Positions 15,301-30,065 of a stretch of 64,000 nucleotides of DNA are shown in pieces. The notes under the pieces are model-generated. The model did no database searches and had not been told where the DNA came from. It saw only the letters and a list, made by a program, of their open reading frames with translations. The stretch is taken from NCBI GenBank assembly GCA_964016885.1, contig CAXHJY010000738.1, forward strand, positions 186,001 through 250,000, in the 5' to 3' direction. This DNA is from Eledone cirrhosa. Its lineage: Eukaryota. A program made the position numbers and the translations under genes. Positions within the stretch are counted from its first letter, which is position 1, and each line of letters begins with the position of its first letter.

Positions 15301-18300
15301 TCAGTACAGTAGGTATATTACAGTACAGTAGATATATTACAGTACAGTAGGTATATTACAGTACAGTATGTATATTACAGTACAGTAGGTATATTACAGT
15401 ACAGCAGGTATATTACAGTACAGTAGGTATAATACAGTACAGTAGGTATATTACAGTACAGTAGGTATATTACAGTACAGTAGGTATATTACAGTACAGT
15501 AGGTATAATACAGTACAGTAGGTATAATACAGTACAGTAGGTATATTACAGTACAGTAGATATATTACAGTACAGAAGATATATTACAGTACATTAGGTA
15601 TATTACAGTACAGTAGGTATATTACAGTACAGTAGGTATATTACAGTACAGTAGGTATATTACAGTACAGTAGATATATTACAGTACAGTAGGTATATTA
15701 CAGTACACTAGGTATATTACAGTACAGTAGGTATATTACAGTACAGTAGATATATTGCAGTACAGTAGGTATATTACTGTACAGTAGGGATAATACAGTA
15801 CAGTAGATATGTTACAGTACAGTAGGTATATTACAGTACAGTAGGTATATTACAGTACAGTAGACATATTACAGTACAGTATGTATATTACAGTACAGTA
15901 GGTATATTACAGTACAGTAGGTATAATACAGTAAAGTAGATATATTACAGTACAGAAGATATATTACAGTACAGAAGATATATTACAGTACAGTAGATAG
16001 ATTACAGTACAGTAGATATATTACAGTACAGTAGGTATATTACAGTACAGTAGATATATTACAGTACAGTAGGTATATTATAGTACAGTAGGTATATTAC
16101 AGTACAGTAGATATATTACAGTACAGAAGATATATTACAGTACAGTAGATAGATTACAGTACAGTATATATATTACAGTACAGTAGGTATATTACAGTAC
16201 AGTAGATATATTACAGTACAGTAGGTATATTATAGTACAGTAGGTATATTACAGTACAGTAGGTATATTACAGTACAGTAGGTATAATACAGTAAAGTAG
16301 GTATATTACAGTACAGTAGGTATATTACACTACAGTAGGTATAATACAGTACAGTAGGTATATTACAGTACAGTAGGTATATTACAGTACAGTAGGTATG
16401 TTACAGTACATTAGGTATATTACAGTACAGTAGGTATATTACAGTACAGTAGGTATATTACAGTACAGTAGGTATATTACAGTACAGTAGATATATTACA
16501 GTACAGTAGGTATATTACAGTACAGTCGATATAATACAGTACAGTAGGTATATTACAGTACAGTAGGTATATTACAGTACAGTCGATATAATACAGTACA
16601 GTAGATATATTACAGTACAGTAGGTATATTACAGTACAGTTGGTATATTACAGTACAGTAGGTATATTACAGTACAGTAGGTATATTACAGTACAGTAGG
16701 TATATTACAGTACAGTAGGTATATTACAGTACACTAGGTATATTACAGTACAGTAGGTATATTACAGTACAGTAGATATATTACAGTACAGTAGGTATAA
16801 TACCATACAGTAGGTATATTACAGTACAGTAGGTATATTACAGTACAGTAGGTATAATACAGTACAGTAGATATATTACAGTACAGTAGGTATATTACAC
16901 TACAGTAGGTATATTACAGTACAGTAGGTATATTAAAGTACAGTAGGTATAATACAGTACAGTAGGTATATTACAGTACAGTAGGTATATTACAGTACAG
17001 TAGATATAATACAGTACAGTAGATATATTGCAGTACAGTAGGTATATTACTGTACAGTAGGTATATTACAATACAGTAGATATATTACAGTACAGTAGTT
17101 ATATTACAGTACAGTAGGTATATTACAGTACAGTAGGTATATTACAGTACAGTAGATATATTACAGTACAGTAGGTATAATACAGTACAGTAGGTATATT
17201 ACAGTACAGTAGGTATATTACAGTACAGTAGGTATATTACACTACAGTAGGTATATTACACTACAGTAGGTATATTACAGTACAGTAGGTATATTACACT
17301 ACAGTAGGTATATTACAGTACACTAGGTATATTAAAGTACAGTAGGTATAATACAGTACAGTAGGTATATTACAGTACAGTAGGTATATTACAGTACAGT
17401 AGGTATATTACAGTACAGTAGGTATAATACAGTACAGTAGGTATATTACAGTACAGTAGGTATATTACAGTACAGTAGGTATATTACAGTACAGTAGGTA
17501 TATTACAGTACAGTAGGTATATTACAATACAGTAGTTATATTACAGTACAGTAAATAGATTACAGTACAGTAGATATATTACAGTACAGTAGGTATATTA
17601 CAGTACAGTAGGTATATTATAGTACAGTAGATATATTACAGTACAGTAGGTATATTACAGTACAGTAGATATATTACAGTACAGTAGATATATTACAGTA
17701 CAGTAGGTATATTACAGTACAGTAGGTATATTACAGTACATTAGGTATATTACAGTACAGTAGGTATAATACAGTACAGTAGATATATTACAGTACAGTA
17801 GGTATATTACAGTACAGTAGGTATATTACAGTACAGTAGATATATTACAGTACAGTAGGTATAATACAGTAAAGTAGGTATATTACAGTACAGTAGGTAT
17901 ATTACAGTACAGTAGGTATAATACAGTACAGTAGGTATATTACAGTACAGTAGGTATATTACAGTACAGTAGGTATGTTACAGTACAGTAGGTATATTAC
18001 AGTACAGTAGGTATATTACAGTACAGTAGGTATATTACAGTACAGTAGGTATATTACAGTACAGTAGATATATTACAGTACAGTAGGTATATTACAGTAC
18101 AGTAGATTTATTACAGTACAGTAGATAGAGTACAGTACAGTAGATATAATACAGTACAGTAGGTGTATTACAGTACAGTAGGTATATTACAGTACAATAG
18201 GTATATTACAGTACAGTAGGTATATTACAGTACAGTAGGTATATTACAGTACAGTAGATATATTACAGTACAGTAGGTATATTACAGTACAGTAGGTATA

Positions 18301-21300
18301 TTACAGTACAGTAGGTATATTACAGTACAGTAGATATATTACAGTACAGTAGGTATATTACAGTACAGTATGTATATTACAGTACAGTAGGTATATTACA
18401 GTACAGTAGGTATATTACAGTACAGTAGGTATAATACAGTACAGTAGGTATATTACAGTACAGTAGGTATATTACAGTAGATAGATTACAGTACAGTAGA
18501 TATATTACAGTACAGTAGGTATATTACAGTACAGTAGGTATATTACAGTACAGTAGGTATATTACAGTACAGTAGATATATTACAGTACAGTAGGTATAT
18601 TACAGTACAGTATGTATATTACAGTACAGTAGGTATATTACAGTACAGTAGGTATATTACAGTACAGTAGGTATAATACAGTACAGTAGGTATATTACAG
18701 TACAGTAGGTATATTACAGTACAGTAGGTATATTACAGTACAGTAGGTATATTACAGTACAGTAGGTATAATACAGTACAGTAGATATATTACAGTACAG
18801 TAGGTATATTACACTACAGTAGGTATATTACAGTACAGTAGGTATATTACACTACAGTAGGTATATTACAGTACAGTAGGTATATTAAAGTACAGTAGGT
18901 ATAATACAGTACAGTAGGTATATTACAGTACAGTAGGTATATTACAGTACAGTAGATATAATACAGTACAGTAGATATATTGCAGTACAGTAGGTATATT
19001 ACTGTACAGTAGGTATATTACAGTACAGTAGATATATTAAAGTACAGTAGTTATATTACAGTACAGTAGGTATATTACAGTACAGTAGGTATATTACAGT
19101 ACAGTAGATATATTACAGTACAGTAGGTATAATACAGTACAGTAGGTATATTACAGTACAGTAGGTATATTACAGTACAGTAGGTATATTACACTACAGT
19201 AGGTATATTACACTACAGTAGATATATTACAGTACAGTAGGTATATTACACTACAGTAGGTATATTACAGTACAGTAGGTATATTACAGTACAGTAGATA
19301 TAATACAGTACAGTAGATATATTACAGTACAGTAGGTATATTACAGTACAGTAGGTATATTACAGTACAGTAGGTATAATACAGTACAGTAGGTATATTA
19401 CAGTACAGTAGGTATATTACAGTACAGTAGGTATATTACAGTACAGTAGGTATATTACAGTACAGTAGGTATATTACAATACAGTAGGTATATTACAGTA
19501 CAGTAAATAGATTACAGTACAGTAGATATATTACAGTACAGTAGGTATATTACAGTACAGTAGGTATATTATAGTACAGTAGATATATTACAGTACAGTA
19601 GGTATATTACAGTACAGTAGATATATTACAGTACAGTAGATATATTACAGTACAGTAGGTATATTACAGTACAGTAGGTATATTACAGTACATTAGGTAT
19701 ATTACAGTACAGTAGGTATAATACAGTACAGTAGATATATTACAGTACAGTAGGTATATTACAGTACAGTGGGTATATTACAGTACAGTAGATATATTAC
19801 AGTACAGTAGGTATAATACAGTAAAGTAGGTATATTACAGTACAGTAGGTATATTACAGTACAGTAGGTATAATACAGTACAGTAGGTATATTACAGTAC
19901 AGTAGGTATATTACAGTACAGTAGGTATGTTACAGTACAGTAGGTATATTACAGTACAGTAGGTATATTACAGTACAGTAGGTATATTACAGTACAGTAG
20001 GTATATTACAGTACAGTAGATATATTACAGTACAGTAGGTATATTACAGTACAGTAGATAGATTACAGTACAGTAGATATATTACAGTACAGTAGATATA
20101 TTACAGTACAGTAGGTATATTACAGTACAGTAGATATATTACAGTACAGTAGGTATATTACAGTACATTAGATATATTACAGTACAGTAGGTATATTACA
20201 GTGCAGTAGGTATATTACAGTACAGTAGGTATATTACAGTACAGTAGATATATTACAGTACAGTAGGTATAATACAGTACAGTAGGTATATTACAGTACA
20301 GTAGGTATATTACAGTACAGTAGGTATATTACAGTACACTAGTTATAATACAGTACAGTAGGTATATTACATTACAGTAGTTATAATACAGTACAGTAGG
20401 TATATTACAGTACAGTAGGTATATTACAGTACAGTAGGTATATTACAGTACAGTAGATATAATACAATACAGTAGATATATTACAGTACAGTAGGTATAT
20501 TACAGTACAGTAGGTATATTACAGTACAGTAGGTATATTACAGTACAGTAGGTATATTACACTACAGTAGATATATTACAGTACAGTAGGTATATTACAG
20601 TACAGTAGGTATAATACCATACAGTAGGTATATTACAGTACAGTAGGTATATTACAGTACAGTAGGTATAATACAGTACAGTAGATATATTACAGTACAG
20701 TAGGTATATTACAGTACAGTAGATATATTACAGTACAGTAGATATATTACAGTACAGTAGATATATTACAGTACAGTAGGTATATTACAGTACAGTAGAT
20801 AGATTACAGTACAGTAGATAGATTACAGTACAGTAGGTATATTACAGTACAGTAGATAGATTACAGTACAGTAGATATATTACAGTACAGTAGGTATATT
20901 ACAGTACAGTAGGTATATTACAGTACAGTAGGTATATTACAGTACAGTAGATATATTACAGTACAGTAGGTATATTACAGTACAGTATGTATATTACAGT
21001 ACAGTAGGTATATTACAGTACAGTAGGTATATTACAGTACAGTAGGTATAATACAGTACAGTAGGTATATTACAGTACAGTAGGTATATTACAGTACAGT
21101 AGGTATATTACAGTACAGTAGGTATAATACAGTACAGTAGGTATAATACAGTACAGTAGGTATATTACAGTACAGTAGATATATTACAGTACAGTAGATA
21201 TATTACAGTACAGTAGATATATTACAGTACAGTAGGTATATTACAGTACAGTAGATATATTACAGTACAGTAGGTATATTACAGTACATTAGATATATTA

Positions 21301-24300
21301 CAGTACAGTAGGTATATTACAGTGCAGTAGGTATATTACAGTACAGTAGGTATATTACAGTACAGTAGATATATTACAGTACAGTAGGTATAATACAGTA
21401 CAGTAGGTATATTACAGTACAGTAGGTATATTACAGTACAGTAGGTATATTACAGTACACTAGTTATAATACAGTACAGTAGGTATATTACATTACAGTA
21501 GGTATATTACAGTACAGTAGGTATATTACAGTACAGTAGGTATATTACAGTACAGTAGGTATATTACAGTACAGTAGATATAATACAATACAGTAGATAT
21601 ATTACAGTACAGTAGGTATATTACAGTACAGTAGGTATATTACAGTACAGTAGGTATATTACAGTACAGTAGGTATATTACACTACAGTAGATATATTAC
21701 AGTACAGTAGGTATATTACAGTACAGTAGGTATAATACCATACAGTAGGTATATTACAGTACAGTAGGTATATTACAGTACAGTAGGTATAATACAGTAC
21801 AGTAGATATATTACAGTACAGTAGGTATATTACAGTACAGTAGATATATTACAGTACAGTAGATATATTACAGTACAGTAGATATATTACAGTACAGTAG
21901 GTATATTACAGTACAGTAGATAGATTACAGTACAGTAGATAGATTACAGTACAGTAGGTATATTACAGTACAGTAGATAGATTACAGTACAGTAGATATA
22001 TTACAGTACAGTAGGTATATTACAGTACAGTAGGTATATTACAGTACAGTAGGTATATTACAGTACAGTAGATATATTACAGTACAGTAGGTATATTACA
22101 GTACAGTATGTATATTACAGTACAGTAGGTATATTACAGTACAGTAGGTATATTACAGTACAGTAGGTATAATACAGTACAGTAGGTATATTACAGTACA
22201 GTAGGTATATTACAGTACAGTAGGTATATTACAGTACAGTAGGTATAATACAGTACAGTAGGTATAATACAGTACAGTAGGTATATTACAGTACAGTAGA
22301 TATATTACAGTACAGAAGATATATTACAGTACATTAGGTATATTACAGTACAGTAGGTATATTACAGTACAGTAGGTATATTACAGTACAGTAGGTATAT
22401 TACAGTACAGTAGATATATTACAGTACAGTAGGTATATTACAGTACACTATGTATATTACAGTACAGTAGGTATATTACAGTACAGTAGATATATTGCAG
22501 TACAGTAGGTATATTACTGTACAGTAGGGATAATACAGTACAGTAGATATGTTACAGTACAGTAGGTATATTACAGTACAGTAGGTATATTACAGTACAG
22601 TAGACATATTACAGTACAGTATGTATATTACAGTACAGTAGGTATATTACAGTACAGTAGGTATAATACAGTAAAGTAGATATATTACAGTACAGAAGAT
22701 ATATTACAGTACAGAAGATATATTACAGTACAGTAGATAGATTACAGTACAGTAGATATATTACAGTACAGTAGGTATATTACAGTACAGTAGATATATT
22801 ACAGTACAGTAGGTATATTATAGTACAGTAGGTATATTACAGTACAGTAGATATATTACAGTACAGAAGATATATTACAGTACAGTAGATAGATTACAGT
22901 ACAGTATATATATTACAGTACAGTAGGTATATTACAGTACAGTAGATATATTACAGTACAGTAGGTATATTATAGTACAGTAGGTATATTACAGTACAGT
23001 AGGTATATTACAGTACAGTAGGTATAATACAGTAAAGTAGGTATATTACAGTACAGTATGTATATTACAGTACAGTAGGTATATTACAGTACAGTAGGTA
23101 TAATACAGTAAAGTAGATATATTACAGTACAGAAGATATATTACAGTACAGAAGATATATTACAGTACAGTAGATAGATTACAGTACAGTAGATATATTA
23201 CAGTACAGTAGGTATATTACAGTACAGTAGATATATTACAGTACAGTAGGTATATTATAGTACAGTAGGTATATTACAGTACAGTAGATATATTACAGTA
23301 CAGAAGATATATTACAGTACAGTAGATAGATTACAGTACAGTATATATATTACAGTACAGTAGGTATATTACAGTACAGTAGATATATTACAGTACAGTA
23401 GGTATATTATAGTACAGTAGGTATATTACAGTACAGTAGATATATTACAGTACAGTAGGTATATTACAGTACAGTAGATAGAGTACAGTACAGTAGATAT
23501 ATTACAGTACAGTAGGTATATTACAGTACAGTAGGTATATTACAGTACAGTATGTATATTACAGTACAGTAGGTATATTACAGTACAGTAGGTATATTAC
23601 AGTACAGTAGGTATATTACAGTACAGTAGGTATATTACAGTACAGTAGATATATTACAGTACAATAGGTATATTACAGTACAGTAGGTATATTACAGTAC
23701 AGTAGGTATATTACAGTACAGTAGGTATATTACAGTACAGTAGATATATTACAGTACAGTAGATATATTACAGTACAGTAGATAGATTACAGTACAGTAG
23801 ATATATTACAGTACAGTAGGTATATTACAGTACAGTAGATATATTACAGTACAGTAGGTATATTATAGTACAGTAGGTATATTACAGTACAGTAGGTATA
23901 TTACAGTACAGTAGGTATAATACAGTAAAGTAGGTATATTACAGTACAGAAGGTATATTACACTACAGTAGGTATAATACAATACAGTAGGTATATTACA
24001 GTACAGTAGGTATATTACAGTACAGTAGGTATGTTACAGTACAGTAGGTATATTACAGTACAGTAGGTATATTACAGTACAGTAGGTATATTACAGTACA
24101 GTAGGTATATTACAGTACAGTAGATATATTACAGTACATTAGGTATATTACAGTACAGTAGGTATATTACAGTACAGTAGATAGAGTACAGTACAGTAGA
24201 TATATTACAGTACAGTAGGTATATTACAGTACAGTAGGTATAATACAGTACAGTAGGTATATTACAGTACAGTAGGTTTATTACAGTACAGTAGGTATAT

Positions 24301-27300
24301 TACAGTACAGTAGGTATATTACAGTACAGTAGGTATATTACAGTACAGTAGATATATTGCAGTACAGTAGGTATATTACAGTAAAGTAGATAGATTACAG
24401 TACATTAGATATATTACAGTACAGTAGATATATTACAGTACAATAGGTATATTACAGTACAGTAGGTATATTACAGTACAGTAGATATATTACAGTACAG
24501 TAGGTATATTACAGTACAGTAGATATATTACAGTACAGTAGGTATATTACAGTACAGTCGATATAATACAGTACAGTAGGTATATTACAGTACAGTCGAT
24601 ATAATACAGTACAGTAGATATATTACAGTACAGTAGGTATATTACAGTACAGTTGGTATATTACAGTACAGTAGGTATATTACAGTACAGTAGGTATATT
24701 ACAGTACAGTAGGTATATTACAGTACAGTAGGTATATTACAGTACACTAGGTATATTACAGTACAGTAGGTATATTACAGTACAGTAGATATATTACAGT
24801 ACAGTAGGTATAATACCATACAGTAGGTATATTACAGTACAGTAGGTATATTACAGTACAGTAGGTATAATACAGTACAGTAGATATATTACAGTGCAGT
24901 AGGTATATTACACTACAGTAGGTATATTACAGTACAGTAGGTATATTAAAGTACAGTAGGTATAATACAGTACAGTAGGTATATTACAGTACAGTAGGTA
25001 TATTACAGTACAGTAGATATAATACAGTACAGTAGATATATTGCAGTACAGTAGGTATATTACTGTACAGTAGGTATATTACAGTACAGTAGATATATTA
25101 AAGTACAGTAGTTATATTACAGTACAGTAGGTATATTACAGTACAGTAGGTATATTACAGTACAGTAGATATATTACAGTACAGTAGGTATAATACAGTA
25201 CAGTAGGTATATTACAGTACAGTAGGTATATTACAGTACAGTAGGTATATTACACTACAGTAGGTATATTACACTACAGTAGGTATATTACAGTACAGTA
25301 GGTATATTACACTACAGTAGGTATATTACAGTACAGTAGGTATATTAAAGTACAGTAGGTATAATACAGTACAGTAGGTATATTACAGTACAGTAGGTAT
25401 ATTACAGTACAGTAGATATAATACAGTACAGTAGATATATTACAGTACAGTAGGTATATTACAGTACAGTAGGTATATTACAGTACAGTAGGTATAATAC
25501 AGTACAGTAGGTATATTACAGTACAGTAGGTATATTACAGTACAGTAGGTATATTACAGTACAGTAGGTATATTACAGTACAGTAGGTATATTACAATAC
25601 AGTAGGTATATTACAGTACAGTAAATAGATTACAGTACAGTAGATATATTACAGTACAGTAGGTATATTACAGTACAGTAGGTATATTATAGTACAGTAG
25701 ATATATTACAGTACAGTAGGTATATTACAGTACATTAGATATATTACAGTACAGTAGATATATTACAGTACAGTAGGTATATTACAGTACAGTAGGTATA
25801 TTACAGTACATTAGGTATATTACAGTACAGTAGGTATAATACAGTACAGTAGATATATTACAGTACAGTAGGTATATTACAGTACAGTAGGTATATTACA
25901 GTACAGTAGATATATTACAGTACAGTAGGTATAATACAGTAAAGTAGGTATATTACAGTACAGTAGGTATATTACAGTACAGTAGGTATAATACAGTACA
26001 GTAGGTATATTACAGTACAGTAGGTATATTACAGTACAGTAGGTATGTTACAGTACAGTAGGTATATTACAGTACAGTAGGTATATTACAGTACAGTAGG
26101 TATATTACAGTACAGTAGGTATATTACAGTACAGTAGATATATTACAGTACAGTAGGTATATTACAGTACAGTAGATAGATTACAGTACAGTAGATATAT
26201 TACAGTACAGTAGATATATTACAGTACAGTAGGTATATTACAGTACAGTAGATATATTACAGTACAGTAGGTATATTACAGTACATTAGATATATTACAG
26301 TACAGTAGGTATATTACAGTGCAGTAGGTATATTACAGTACAGTAGGTATATTACAGTACAGTAGATATATTACAGTACAGTAGGTATAATACAGTACAG
26401 TAGGTATATTACAGTACAGTAGGTATATTACAGTACAGTAGGTATATTACAGTACACTAGTTATAATACAGTACAGTAGGTATATTACATTACAGTAGTT
26501 ATAATACAGTACAGTAGGTATATTACAGTACAGTAGGTATATTACAGTACAGTAGGTATATTACAGTACAGTAGGTATATTACAGTACAGTAGGTATATT
26601 ACAGTACAGTAGATATAATACAATACAGTAGATATATTACAGTACAGTAGGTATATTACAGTACAGTAGGTATATTACAGTACAGTAGGTATATTACAGT
26701 ACAGTAGGTATATTACACTACAGTAGATATATTACAGTACAGTAGGTATATTACAGTACAGTAGGTATAATACCATACAGTAGGTATATTACAGTACAGT
26801 AGGCATATTACAGTACAGTAGGTATAATACAGTACAGTAGATATATTACAGTACAGTAGGTATATTACAGTACAGTAGATATATTACAGTACAGTAGATA
26901 TATTACAGTACAGTAGATATATTACAGTACAGTAGGTATATTACAGTACAGTAGATAGATTACAGTACAGTAGATAGATTACAGTACAGTAGGTATATTA
27001 CAGTAGATAGATTACAGTACAGTAGATATATTACAGTACAGTAGGTATATTACAGTACAGTAGGTATATTTCAGTACAGTAGGTATATTACAGTACAGTA
27101 GATATATTACAGTACAGTAGGTATATTACAGTACAGTATGTATATTACAGTACAGTAGGTATATTACAGTACAGCAGGTATATTACAGTACAGTAGGTAT
27201 AATACAGTACAGTAGGTATATTACAGTACAGTAGGTATATTACAGTACAGTAGGTATATTACAGTACAGTAGGTATAATACAGTACAGTAGGTATAATAC

Positions 27301-30065
27301 AGTACAGTAGGTATATTACAGTACAGTAGATATATTACAGTACAGAAGATATATTACAGTACATTAGGTATATTACAGTACAGTAGGTATATTACAGTAC
27401 AGTAGGTATATTACAGTACAGTAGGTATATTACAGTACAGTAGATATATTACAGTACAGTAGGTATATTACAGTACACTAGGTATATTACAGTACAGTAG
27501 GTATATTACAGTACAGTAGATATATTGCAGTACAGTAGGTATATTACTGTACAGTAGGGATAATACAGTACAGTAGATATGTTACAGTACAGTAGGTATA
27601 TTACAGTACAGTAGGTATATTACAGTACAGTAGACATATTACAGTACAGTATGTATATTACAGTACAGTAGGTATATTACAGTACAGTAGGTATAATACA
27701 GTAAAGTAGATATATTACAGTACAGAAGATATATTACAGTACAGAAGATATATTACAGTACAGTAGATAGATTACAGTACAGTAGATATATTACAGTACA
27801 GTAGGTATATTACAGTACAGTAGATATATTACAGTACAGTAGGTATATTATAGTACAGTAGGTATATTACAGTACAGTAGATATATTACAGTACAGAAGA
27901 TATATTACAGTACAGTAGATAGATTACAGTACAGTATATATATTACAGTACAGTAGGTATATTACAGTACAGTAGATATATTACAGTACAGTAGGTATAT
28001 TATAGTACAGTAGGTATATTACAGTACAGTAGGTATATTACAGTACAGTAGGTATAATACAGTAAAGTAGGTATATTACAGTACAGTAGGTATATTACAC
28101 TACAGTAGGTATAATACAGTACAGTAGGTATATTACAGTACAGTAGGTATATTACAGTACAGTAGGTATGTTACAGTACATTAGGTATATTACAGTACAG
28201 TAGGTATATTACAGTACAGTAGGTATATTACAGTACAGTAGGTATATTACAGTACAGTAGATATATTACAGTACAGTAGGTATATTACAGTACAGTCGAT
28301 ATAATACAGTACAGTAGGTATATTACAGTACAGTAGGTATATTACAGTACAGTCGATATAATACAGTACAGTAGATATATTACAGTACAGTAGGTATATT
28401 ACAGTACAGTTGGTATATTACAGTACAGTAGGTATATTACAGTACAGTAGGTATATTACAGTACAGTAGGTATATTACAGTACAGTAGGTATATTACAGT
28501 ACACTAGGTATATTACAGTACAGTAGGTATATTACAGTACAGTAGATATATTACAGTACAGTAGGTATAATACCATACAGTAGGTATATTACAGTACAGT
28601 AGGTATATTACAGTACAGTAGGTATAATACAGTACAGTAGATATATTACAGTACAGTAGGTATATTACACTACAGTAGGTATATTACAGTACAGTAGGTA
28701 TATTAAAGTACAGTAGGTATAATACAGTACAGTAGGTATATTACAGTACAGTAGGTATATTACAGTACAGTAGATATAATACAGTACAGTAGATATATTG
28801 CAGTACAGTAGGTATATTACTGTACAGTAGGTATATTACAATACAGTAGATATATTACAGTACAGTAGTTATATTACAGTACAGTAGGTATATTACAGTA
28901 CAGTAGGTATATTACAGTACAGTAGATATATTACAGTACAGTAGGTATAATACAGTACAGTAGGTATATTACAGTACAGTAGGTATATTACAGTACAGTA
29001 GGTATATTACACTACAGTAGGTATATTACACTACAGTAGGTATATTACAGTACAGTAGGTATATTACACTACAGTAGGTATATTACAGTACACTAGGTAT
29101 ATTAAAGTACAGTAGGTATAATACAGTACAGTAGGTATATTACAGTACAGTAGGTATATTACAGTACAGTAGGTATATTACAGTACAGTAGGTATAATAC
29201 AGTACAGTAGGTATATTACAGTACAGTAGGTATATTACAGTACAGTAGGTATATTACAGTACAGTAGGTATATTACAGTACAGTAGGTATATTACAATAC
29301 AGTAGTTATATTACAGTACAGTAAATAGATTACAGTACAGTAGATATATTACAGTACAGTAGGTATATTACAGTACAGTAGGTATATTATAGTACAGTAG
29401 ATATATTACAGTACAGTAGGTATATTACAGTACAGTAGATATATTACAGTACAGTAGATATATTACAGTACAGTAGGTATATTACAGTACAGTAGGTATA
29501 TTACAGTACATTAGGTATATTACAGTACAGTAGGTATAATACAGTACAGTAGATATATTACAGTACAGTAGGTATATTACAGTACAGTAGGTATATTACA
29601 GTACAGTAGATATATTACAGTACAGTAGGTATAATACAGTAAAGTAGGTATATTACAGTACAGTAGGTATATTACAGTACAGTAGGTATAATACAGTACA
29701 GTAGGTATATTACAGTACAGTAGGTATATTACAGTACAGTAGGTATGTTACAGTACAGTAGGTATATTACAGTACAGTAGGTATATTACAGTACAGTAGG
29801 TATATTACAGTACAGTAGGTATATTACAGTACAGTAGATATATTACAGTACAGTAGGTATATTACAGTACAGTAGATTTATTACAGTACAGTAGATAGAG
29901 TACAGTACAGTAGATATAATACAGTACAGTAGGTGTATTACAGTACAGTAGGTATATTACAGTACAATAGGTATATTACAGTACAGTAGGTATATTACAG
30001 TACAGTAGGTATATTACAGTACAGTAGATATATTACAGTACAGTAGGTATATTACAGTACAGTAG
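6700..30065. repeat. ~11.75-kb near-identical direct duplication: ~6700-18295 and ~18450-30065
   Basis: Markers pair up: CAGTGGG 8020/19771 and CACTATGT 10700/22451 (offset 11,751); AGGCATATTA 15031/26801, TTTCAG 15301/27071, ACAGCAGG 15401/27171 and AGTAGATTTA 18101/29871 (offset 11,770). Confidence 0.93.

Larger units (their letters stand above)
1..15480. repeat. Large duplication: ~1-6990 repeated at ~8500-15480 (offset 8,450-8,507)
   Basis: GTAGGTTTAT at 4071 and 12521 and ATATTGCAGT at 2291 and 10741 (offset 8,450). GTAAATAGAT at 5344 and 13851 and the 5-bp deletion monomer at ~6724 and ~15231 (offset 8,507). Confidence 0.88.
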
